Positions 56,681 to 63,717 of a stretch of 63,717 nucleotides of DNA are shown in pieces; within the stretch, counting starts at the first letter, position 1, and every line of letters starts with the position of its first letter. The DNA lies in the IMG/VR virus record IMGVR_UViG_3300030376_004081, positions 1 through 63,717 of that record; one strand, given 5' to 3'. This DNA comes from a virus. Its lineage: Duplodnaviria > Caudoviricetes. A program made the translations under genes and the position numbers. Below the pieces are notes generated by a model that saw nothing but the letters and a program-made list of their open reading frames with translations, ran no database searches and was not told the DNA's origin.

Positions 56681-57213
56681 CTATTTCTTTGGTATTCAGG
56701 GTCTAATGTTTCAGCCGAATATTCGGAATCATAAAACATTGTTTGTTCAGGAATAGAAGCCAATTCTTTTTCAAGAGCCATTAACTTCTTATTAATTTCA
56801 ACCATCTTATCCATTAGGTCAGGTTGTTCACTAACCTTCGCTTCTTGAATTTGCTTTGATAATCCAGTAATCATGGAAGCAAGACCATCAATTTGACTAA
56901 TTAACTTAACTCTTTGTTCATGATTCAAAAGAGGGTTTTCATCCATATCTTCAGGTAAAATAGCCTTAAGCAACTTAACCATCTTTGTTATTTCTCCTGC
57001 ATAAGCATGAAGATTAACTGGCCCATCATTTGATTCTCCTTTGTAAGTATAATTTTCTGCCTTTGGTCGCTTTAATTTAACTGCTTCCGATTTATCTTCT
57101 TCAGGATTTCTATTATTATCCATTAAAGATTGGTATAACATCTCTTTAGCGTCTCTTGCTTTTTGAATTAAAAGACTAATTTTTCTTTCTTCTTTTGTTA
57201 CTCTTTCAGGCAT
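56677..57213 (-). CDS. Hypothetical helical protein
   Basis: 178 aa; GGAGTGA RBS. Confidence 0.72.
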   Translation of the reverse strand: MPERVTKEERKISLLIQKARDAKEMLYQSLMDNNRNPEEDKSEAVKLKRPKAENYTYKGESNDGPVNLHAYAGEITKMVKLLKAILPEDMDENPLLNHEQRVKLISQIDGLASMITGLSKQIQEAKVSEQPDLMDKMVEINKKLMALEKELASIPEQTMFYDSEYSAETLDPEYQRNR

Positions 57214-57218
57214 TTAAA

Positions 57219-57464
57219 TCACTCCATCTTTCCAACCATTTTGTGAATTTCAGACCAATCCATAGTAGAAACATCAGTAGAAGGCAAAGAATCAATTCCG
57301 CCAATACTGTTATCAAGAGCAGGTGTAGGGCTTTGGGAAATAACTAATCCTGCCTTCATTAAAAGACTATCTTTTGCATAAAGGGTTTTTTCTAATGCTT
57401 CAACCTTAGCAGTTAAAGCCTTAATAATTTCTAAAACATCTTTGTTAATACTTTCTTCTGTCAT
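57219..57464 (-). CDS. Small scaffold-like protein
   Basis: Coiled coil; C-terminus MDWSEIHKMVG nearly identical to the scaffold C-terminus. Confidence 0.75.
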   Translation of the reverse strand: MTEESINKDVLEIIKALTAKVEALEKTLYAKDSLLMKAGLVISQSPTPALDNSIGGIDSLPSTDVSTMDWSEIHKMVGKME

Positions 57465-57469
57465 TTAAA

Positions 57470-57721
57470 TCACATTCCAAACTTTTCTTTGCATCTTTCT
57501 CTTGCTTTAGCATAATCTTCTTCAGACATTCCGCCTCTTCCAAATTGTGCGTTTAAACGGTCAATACAAGCAAGATAACTTGAAGCATCTAAACTACTTC
57601 CCCTCATGGGTTTTCTTCTGCTTCCGCCCTTGAATCCTCTTGCGCTCATTCCTCTTGCTTTATTCAAATCACCTGAACAACCGCAACCGCAACCTGCTTT
57701 TAGTATTTCTTTCCAACTCAT
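57470..57721 (-). CDS. Small Cys-containing basic protein with MSWKEILKA leader
   Basis: CGCGC motif follows the leader. Confidence 0.72.
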   Translation of the reverse strand: MSWKEILKAGCGCGCSGDLNKARGMSARGFKGGSRRKPMRGSSLDASSYLACIDRLNAQFGRGGMSEEDYAKARERCKEKFGM

Positions 57722-58083
57722 TTCTTTTCATCCCCTTTTCCCTTTGGATGCACTAAGTCTCTTAGTTGTCTGTAAAGAAGTTCATATTCCTTACGAAGTT
57801 TGGTAGCCGTAGCCACTATATCAATGTTCCTTTCGTCCATTGACTTCATTTTCTTATTTAACTTCTTGTCTGATTTAGTTAAGTCTAATTCTCTAAGAAC
57901 AGAAATAAGTTCGCCTAATTTTGTAAAGTCTTGACCAAAAAATTCTGTGGGTTCAGCCGCTTGAAGAGTCTTTTTTAGTTTCTTTCTACCCTTTGCATCT
58001 AATGAATCAAGGAGTTTCTTAGGCTCCTGTTTCTTTTCCTTTAGAATAAAATCTTCTCCATCTCCGTAAAAATCCCAAGTCAT
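57718..58083 (-). CDS. Hypothetical protein
   Basis: 121 aa; coupled to neighbours. Confidence 0.72.
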   Translation of the reverse strand: MTWDFYGDGEDFILKEKKQEPKKLLDSLDAKGRKKLKKTLQAAEPTEFFGQDFTKLGELISVLRELDLTKSDKKLNKKMKSMDERNIDIVATATKLRKEYELLYRQLRDLVHPKGKGDEKK

Positions 58084-59699
58084 TACTCTTCTCCCCCTGT
58101 AATAAGAGAATCTATCTGTTCAATTATCTGTCCTAATTCATTAGACTTTTCAGTATATTTTTCAGAAAGTTCTTCAAAATCAGCCATCATAGAAACATTT
58201 AATGTGGGGAATCCTTCAAAGAAACCGTCCACTATACCAACATCGGGGTTTTCGGACATAAATTCTCTCATTCCTTGTGTAATAGCCCCTTCTGATTTTC
58301 TTGTAATTTTAGCCATACCATTTGAATATCTTCTTAAATAACTTAATAAATTAATACCCTTTGTTAGTTTCTTTTTAACTGAGGTTATTGGGTCTGTTTC
58401 TGTAAACATCCCTAAAAACTTAGAAAACTTAGCAACATTTTCATCTTTATCAAATGCATCTATATCTGTGCGAAGTCTCTCTAATTTATTTTTTTCTTGA
58501 GCAATCTCTTTTTCTAATTCAAGAGTTGCTTCTTTGATATATTTATCTTTATTCTTTTGCATATCTTTCATAGTATCGCTTAAGGTTTTCATCTTATCAC
58601 GAGTTATTTTTCCAGAATTAATTAAAGTTCTTAAAGAACTGTTAATCTTTTGAATTTTCTTACCTACTATTTTATCTTTATCTTTAGCAATTTCTTCTAG
58701 CCCTTTGATTTTATTATCAAGGAATAACTTTCTTGAAGAAATTTCTCTATTATTTGTTTGGATAGCAGTAATTTTTCTTAATGCTCTCTCATATTTTGAA
58801 GTATCTCCTAAATTAACTCCACGCTTCTTTGCTCTCTCCATCATTTTAAATCTTTCAGACTTAACTTGACCTCTTGGAACTAAATTTCTAGGTTGCCTTC
58901 CATATTTTTGAATATGTAATAATTCAAAAACTCTTAAAAAATCAATAGGTTCTTTTCCTTCAACTTCAAAAGTTAAACGCAATATACCATTTAAGATATC
59001 AAAAAGACCATTAACATCAATATCTTCTCCTCTTTTATCTTCTTCTTTTCCTTGCCTACTAATTTTATATGCTTTTCCAGTCAATACTCCATCAACTAAA
59101 AGTCCAGCATATTTTTCTTTGTAATAGTTCGGTGCTTTCTTTAAAATGGTTAAAATGGATAATAAAGTAGATGATTCTGTTTCGCTTGCTCCTAATCTAA
59201 GATAGTCTTTTCTTCCTTGCCTAACAACAGTCTTTCTAACTTTTCTACCTCTTACTTCTTCTTCAACAACTTGAACATCTGCATTTTGAGCAATATCTAA
59301 TAAAATATCCTTTTGATAGTTTAATTGAGATAGGAACTTATAAGCGTCTTTTTCTTCAGATTGTCTATTAACTGCATCACCATAAGCGGCTTCATCAAGT
59401 CTTGATTGTCTTTCATTTTGGTCAGCATAAACTTCTTCATCAGTCGTTAAATCAGTTTCGCCTTCTTCAAGACTTCTTTTTGCATCAGCCCTTCTCTTTG
59501 CATCATCTTCTTCATTCTTAGCAATTGTAATGTATTTGCGGTAATTAATCATATTTTGAGGAGTAATATTTTTCTCCAAAGAGGCTTTAATTATAGATAC
59601 ATTAGCCCTTTCATTAAGTAATGAAGAAGTCTCTTCATCTAAATCAGCCTTCCTTAAAATATTTAATAAAGACTTATCTTTGGCTAATTCATAAAACAT
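58083..59699 (-). CDS. Large coiled-coil protein
   Basis: 538 aa, K/E-rich heptads; GAGGTGA RBS. Confidence 0.78.
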   Translation of the reverse strand: MFYELAKDKSLLNILRKADLDEETSSLLNERANVSIIKASLEKNITPQNMINYRKYITIAKNEEDDAKRRADAKRSLEEGETDLTTDEEVYADQNERQSRLDEAAYGDAVNRQSEEKDAYKFLSQLNYQKDILLDIAQNADVQVVEEEVRGRKVRKTVVRQGRKDYLRLGASETESSTLLSILTILKKAPNYYKEKYAGLLVDGVLTGKAYKISRQGKEEDKRGEDIDVNGLFDILNGILRLTFEVEGKEPIDFLRVFELLHIQKYGRQPRNLVPRGQVKSERFKMMERAKKRGVNLGDTSKYERALRKITAIQTNNREISSRKLFLDNKIKGLEEIAKDKDKIVGKKIQKINSSLRTLINSGKITRDKMKTLSDTMKDMQKNKDKYIKEATLELEKEIAQEKNKLERLRTDIDAFDKDENVAKFSKFLGMFTETDPITSVKKKLTKGINLLSYLRRYSNGMAKITRKSEGAITQGMREFMSENPDVGIVDGFFEGFPTLNVSMMADFEELSEKYTEKSNELGQIIEQIDSLITGGEE

Positions 59700-59708
59700 T
59701 TAATCACC

Positions 59709-59933
59709 TCAAAAAGGAATATTTTCTTTCTTTCCTCTTTTCTTAGGAGGTAAAAGAATAACATCTGGGTTATCGGAAGATGTAGGTAAAGCCTTATGCG
59801 TGGTATCTTCTGGTAATCCCACAGACATATCACGATTCTTTTTTACCTTATTATTCTGTTGCGCTGTTAAAGCCTTAACTTGCGCTAATTCCTTTGTCAA
59901 TCTTCTTTGCTTTTGGTTTAAATCTTCGCTCAT
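59709..59933 (-). CDS. Hypothetical protein
   Basis: 74 aa; GGAGG RBS; ends ENIPF. Confidence 0.68.
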   Translation of the reverse strand: MSEDLNQKQRRLTKELAQVKALTAQQNNKVKKNRDMSVGLPEDTTHKALPTSSDNPDVILLPPKKRGKKENIPF

Positions 59934-60214
59934 ACTGTCGCCTCCATTAAATTTCCTTGTGTGCTTTCTAAAATTTGAATAAGTTCTTGTTTTGACATTT
60001 GACCGATTTTATCCATAACGGCATCCATTAAATCTTCTCTTGTCATTTCAGCCAATTCATCTAATTCTTCTCCGAACATAGCATCAAAAGTAGGTTCATC
60101 TGTTCTACCTCTTGGTTTCATAGAAGGACTTCCACCAGCCAATCTTGTTTGTGGCTTTTGTCTAGTCTTATCTTTAATTTGTTTCCTTTTACTAATTAAT
60201 TCTCGCCAATCCAT
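59930..60214 (-). CDS. Hypothetical protein with MDWRELISK leader
   Basis: ATG at 60214 follows the portal stop (preferred over the track start 60268). Confidence 0.68.
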   Translation of the reverse strand: MDWRELISKRKQIKDKTRQKPQTRLAGGSPSMKPRGRTDEPTFDAMFGEELDELAEMTREDLMDAVMDKIGQMSKQELIQILESTQGNLMEATV

Positions 60215-60215
60215 C

Positions 60216-61859
60216 TTAACCAACTCTTCTTTCTGTTCTTTTGTCATTGTTTTGATTTCCCGCATCAAGGGGTAGTCCTGTCATGCGCTTGTCGGGTGCT
60301 ACATTCATAGAAGGCTTATTTCTAGTTGTCGCTGGATTTGCCTGTGGCTTGCTCCCGCCTTGCATGGCTTGTTCTTGCATTTGTCCCATTTGTGAAGCAT
60401 CAATGTTTGTTCCCGCATAAGGGTCTTTTTCAACTGGTTCTTCTCCTTCTCCGCCACCTTCGGGAGTTGTTTCAGGTTCGGGTTTCTTAAAAGTAAATTG
60501 ACCATCTTCATCCATATCAACTTCAAATCCTAAATTCTTTGTTGATGCAGCAATATTGACTTCAATCTCACGCTTACGAAGAACGGCTATTTCGTCCTCT
60601 TCTTCGCTTGGTGGTAGTTTTAAATGCCAGTCTGTAATTCCAAATTGTTTTACAAGGAAAGGAAATACGTAATTATTGTACACAGTTTGTGCTTTTTGAA
60701 CGGCTCTATTAGTTACGAGAATTTGCATACCTTCATTGTTTAATCCACCGCTTGTAGTATTATCGGCCATAAAGACTTTACTTACACCATAGAAAGCAGA
60801 AATTCTATCTCTTAAATCATCCTTAACGGAGACATAATCCATTTCTTTGAGACTGTCCATGAACTTAATCCATTCAACTGCTCCTTTACCACCTTCCGCT
60901 TCAATTCCCATGACTGGAATAAAGTGTGGGTCGGCTTCCATCTTTTCTTTAACCGACCTCCAAAATGACCGCATAGAGTCCATGTTTCTTGTTTGAACTG
61001 CAAGCAAACCTCTCGGCATTCGGCTCTTTGTGTAGGATTGATTTACATAATTCTCCATAGCAATAAGAGTCATAATATTGTTAAATAAAGTAATAACAGG
61101 AGACATACCATAAAGACGAGAAGGACTGTATTTGCTAAAGTGCAACACTTCTCCTTTCAAAAAGTGCTGGTCATCTCCATTTACTCTATTAACATAATGA
61201 ATAGGGAATAAATTACTATTACAAATTTCACATTTTTCATGTGGGTCTTTATGAATAATACCACGATGATTCACACAAGTAAAACCTTTTGTTCCTCTTT
61301 GTCCATTTTCATCGCTATAAATAAACATTGTTACTGGGTCGCCACGATAAACTTCTTTAATGCGATGCATTCTAATTTTACCATTACCATCAATAAAGTA
61401 TTCTTTAACCAAAACAATATAAGCATCATCCATTATGTTTAAATCATCTTCAAGTTCTTGTAAAACATCAATAAACAGTTGTTCTGATTTATTAACATAT
61501 CCTTCAATAAACTTCTCGGCATATTCTAATTGCTTTGGGTCAGGAACATCTAATTCGGTACTTGCACAACGAGCGCATTCTTGAACAGGTCTTTTATGTT
61601 CTTTTCCACAACTTTTACACCTTGCTTCATATGCTTTCTCCCAAACATATCCTCTTCTAAATACTTCTTGTTTTAACTGTGTAATACAGGTTCTAGCAAT
61701 AACAGATTGATTAACAATATTATAGATAATTGGGCCAGTCATCATGTGATTGGTTTCTCTTTCCTGAATACCCATGTTGTAAACTTTTCTATCGGCAGGT
61801 TTAGGGGTTTGCCTTCTAAACAAGTTAGTTATACTAAATCTTCTTTTTTCTTCAACCAT
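60216..61859 (-). CDS. Portal protein with Zn-finger insertions
   Basis: DLNIMDDAY, EVLHF...LYGMSPV, MPRGLL, RISAFYGVS (HK97-type portal); CKSC..CARC and CVNH..CEIC inserts; ATG 61859 fits the GGGGGTG RBS. Confidence 0.88.
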   Translation of the reverse strand: MVEEKRRFSITNLFRRQTPKPADRKVYNMGIQERETNHMMTGPIIYNIVNQSVIARTCITQLKQEVFRRGYVWEKAYEARCKSCGKEHKRPVQECARCASTELDVPDPKQLEYAEKFIEGYVNKSEQLFIDVLQELEDDLNIMDDAYIVLVKEYFIDGNGKIRMHRIKEVYRGDPVTMFIYSDENGQRGTKGFTCVNHRGIIHKDPHEKCEICNSNLFPIHYVNRVNGDDQHFLKGEVLHFSKYSPSRLYGMSPVITLFNNIMTLIAMENYVNQSYTKSRMPRGLLAVQTRNMDSMRSFWRSVKEKMEADPHFIPVMGIEAEGGKGAVEWIKFMDSLKEMDYVSVKDDLRDRISAFYGVSKVFMADNTTSGGLNNEGMQILVTNRAVQKAQTVYNNYVFPFLVKQFGITDWHLKLPPSEEEDEIAVLRKREIEVNIAASTKNLGFEVDMDEDGQFTFKKPEPETTPEGGGEGEEPVEKDPYAGTNIDASQMGQMQEQAMQGGSKPQANPATTRNKPSMNVAPDKRMTGLPLDAGNQNNDKRTERRVG

Positions 61860-61912
61860 ATACAGCACCCCCTGTTTTTACCCTACGCTATTCTCGCCTA
61901 TGAACGCTTCGG

Positions 61913-62158
61913 TTATTGATTACCGCCATCTTCAATATCATACCTTGCATTACTTGAACGAAGCATTTCTTCTAAAATGCCCTTTAAAAATAAAGCCCTT
62001 CTTTCAGGCTTTTGGAATCCAGACTTTAAATAATAAATAACCATTTTTTTATTAATGGAAGTTAAATTAGTAAATCTTACATACTTTTTCCTATCTCTAG
62101 GAAGTATATCATTTAAGATACCATCCTTTAATTCTTTCCATGACATTCTTTTACTCAT
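61913..62158 (-). CDS. Hypothetical protein
   Basis: AGGAGG RBS before ATG 62158 (MSKRMSWKELK...), preferred over the track start 62236. Confidence 0.68.
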   Translation of the reverse strand: MSKRMSWKELKDGILNDILPRDRKKYVRFTNLTSINKKMVIYYLKSGFQKPERRALFLKGILEEMLRSSNARYDIEDGGNQ

Positions 62159-62300
62159 ATATACTTCCTCCTTCGGCTGAACCATCCATAGCCATCGGCT
62201 TACCTTGTTTAATCCAACACTCTTTACAAAAACCAAAAGGATAAATTATTTCACTAAAATAACAACAAGTAAAATAAACATAAGACCAATTTGTATTCAA
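62151..62300 (-). CDS. Cys-rich microprotein (49 aa, TTG start; not in ORF track)
   Basis: (M)NTNWSYVYFTCCYFSEIIYPFGFCKECWIKQGKPMAMDGSAEGGSIYE; AGGTGG RBS; TTGA overlap with the upstream stop. Confidence 0.5.
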   Translation of the reverse strand: MNTNWSYVYFTCCYFSEIIYPFGFCKECWIKQGKPMAMDGSAEGGSIYE

Positions 62301-62587
62301 CAATTCCACCTTCTTCGGGCTGCTCTTGCTTTTTCGCTATAAGTCCCATCTGCTCGTTTAAATCCTCTTGACCTTGCACAAAAAGATTTACGCCTCTTTG
62401 CTGCTTTACCGCCTGGTTTTAATTTACTTGGCTTTTTAGTGACTGGACGCTTTAATTTAGAACCTGTTTCTCTATTAAATTTAGCACGACCTTTTGCACT
62501 TAATCCACCAGTTTTTGCGTGAATCTTTTTATTATAGCCCTTGAAGGGTTTCTTTTTTCTTTTAAGAATATTTTGCCATTCTTCCAT
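62297..62587 (-). CDS. Highly basic small protein with MEEWQNILK leader
   Basis: GGLSAKGRAKFNRETGS.LK.PV...RRKSFCAR...RRWNC resembles a small basic family I recall from marine phages (DUF6321-like; not verified). Confidence 0.75.
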   Translation of the reverse strand: MEEWQNILKRKKKPFKGYNKKIHAKTGGLSAKGRAKFNRETGSKLKRPVTKKPSKLKPGGKAAKRRKSFCARSRGFKRADGTYSEKARAARRRWNC

Positions 62588-62596
62588 TATATCACC

Positions 62597-63088
62597 TCAA
62601 TATGCTGGCCTTCGGAAATCCCTTTCAGTTGGTTTTCTTTTTGATTTTGGTTGATTTTGAAATGATTGTATTTGTTGTTGATTTTGTGTTTGCATTCTTG
62701 CTGCATTATCAATAGCAGTTTCAATTACAGAAGAATTTACAGTTTTTCCCCTTAAAATATTTGTAATGTTTGGGTATTTTGTTATATTTTGATTATATGT
62801 ATCTAATGCTCTTTGGTCTGTAAAATTAACTCCATCTTTTGTAAGTTGCTGCGGTTGTTTATTTCTACCAAAGAATTTCTCAATACTTTCTGGATTATGG
62901 GTGTAAATATCTCCATCTTCGTGCATAAAGATTTTACCTTCCTTTCTTAACTTAGATAGGGTTTGTTTAATTTCTGCTTCTTCACCAAACTGCTTTAGGT
63001 TTTTCATTCCCAACGCTCCGCCTTCTTTCTCAATCTCATTAAGAATCTTTGATTCTAAGTCGGCTTTAAGTATTCCTTTCCAACTCAT
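62597..63088 (-). CDS. Protein with MSWKGILKA leader and winged-helix-like segment
   Basis: ILNEIEKEGGALGMKNL...IKQTLSKLRKEGKI; internal SIEK. Confidence 0.72.
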   Translation of the reverse strand: MSWKGILKADLESKILNEIEKEGGALGMKNLKQFGEEAEIKQTLSKLRKEGKIFMHEDGDIYTHNPESIEKFFGRNKQPQQLTKDGVNFTDQRALDTYNQNITKYPNITNILRGKTVNSSVIETAIDNAARMQTQNQQQIQSFQNQPKSKRKPTERDFRRPAY

Positions 63089-63486
63089 TTTTCTCCCCTC
63101 ATCTGATTTTCTTTAGAAGTTTTATCATCATCAATTGGGCCACCCTTAGCCCATGTATAACAAGTTCTAGCAGAATGACATTTAAAATCATGCATCCAAC
63201 AATAACCTAAACGGCCATCTTCATCTGTTGTTAGGGGCATACATTTATCCATTCTAGGAGATATATCAAAGGCAATACAATTACTACAATTTGATTCTTT
63301 AGCAACATCGGGAGTAGTATTCCATTGTTTAGCATATCGCTCCCAATAATCTTCATCGTCTAAATTAAGAGGCCCATATTGAATATGTTTTTCTTTAACA
63401 GCCCTGTCTCTATTTTTAGTATTGAGTTTTAAATCTTGAGTCGCTTTAGGACAGGATAGTTCCTTTAAAATAATTTGCCAATTCAT
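63085..63486 (-). CDS. Cys-rich protein with MNWQIILKE leader
   Basis: CPKATQD...YGPLN...CSNC...GYCWMHDFKCHSARTCYTW. Confidence 0.75.
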   Translation of the reverse strand: MNWQIILKELSCPKATQDLKLNTKNRDRAVKEKHIQYGPLNLDDEDYWERYAKQWNTTPDVAKESNCSNCIAFDISPRMDKCMPLTTDEDGRLGYCWMHDFKCHSARTCYTWAKGGPIDDDKTSKENQMRGEK

Positions 63487-63716
63487 TTTCCTTTCCTCCT
63501 TTTATATGTTTTACAAGCAGAACAAGTCGGCCTACATCTTTGTTTAGTTCCTTTAGAAGCATCTTTCCTTCCACAAGGTTTTGTTCCTTTTTTATCATCT
63601 TCACATGATTGACAAGAAACCCAACCTTTCTGTCCATTTCCACCTCTTCTTGAGAACCAACCGTGTAATCCCGATTCTTTTTCTCTTTTGAAATTATCTC
63701 CGCCTTTAGAAACACA
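63483..63716 (-). CDS. Basic Cys-rich protein, 5'-truncated by the window edge (different frame from the track ORF)
   Basis: ...GLHGWFSRRGGNGQKGWVSCQSC...KPCGRK...RCRPTCSACKTYKRRKGK; its TGA overlaps the next ATG. Confidence 0.65.
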   Translation of the reverse strand, partial: CVSKGGDNFKREKESGLHGWFSRRGGNGQKGWVSCQSCEDDKKGTKPCGRKDASKGTKQRCRPTCSACKTYKRRKGK

Positions 63717-63717
63717 A

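Noticed and set aside
10340-61925. Near-terminal GG in several ORFs (LEGGNNEEE, KMVGGV, ITGGEE, LGGWGH, EDGGNQ) as ubiquitin-like tails
   Set aside because: Mostly explained by overlapping GGAGG/GGTGG ribosome-binding sites of the next gene; none looks like a beta-grasp protein.
63446-63715. Track ORF of 89 aa at the window end
   Set aside because: Another frame (63716-63483) gives a motif-rich Cys/basic protein whose stop overlaps the next ATG; the track ORF overlaps that gene by 41 nt.

Overview
This 63.7-kb window is most of the genome of a tailed archaeal virus. Gene content and layout resemble the 'magroviruses' of Marine Group II Euryarchaeota (Poseidoniales); that assignment is an inference from gene content, not a database result. 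The + strand (1-27,000) holds early/replication genes: class II RNR, TFB, MazG-like, ThiF/E1, a six-repeat Myb/SANT protein, a JAB/JAMM protease, GroES/GroEL, PC4, two histone-fold candidates, ATP-dependent ligase, RFC large and small, RPA-like SSB, Sak4-like ATPase, PCNA, a family B polymerase split into two genes, Cas4-like nuclease, fused PriS-PriL primase, ERCC4 nuclease, a helicase and a DEDD exonuclease. The - strand (27,161-63,717) holds converging siphovirus-type morphogenesis genes: portal, a second 1000-aa ligase, prohead protease/scaffold, HK97-type capsid protein, an Arf-like small GTPase with membrane proteins, neck, tail tube, frameshifted tail chaperones, tape measure and tail tip/fibre proteins. 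No terminase, tRNA, rRNA or CRISPR array is visible. The best candidates for undescribed systems are: (1) a W-x-x-I-L-K leader shared by many unrelated late proteins and mirrored in the scaffold C-terminus, a possible capsid cargo-loading/processing signal; (2) an E1-Myb-JAB cassette plus viral histone folds; (3) an Arf-like GTPase/membrane module.
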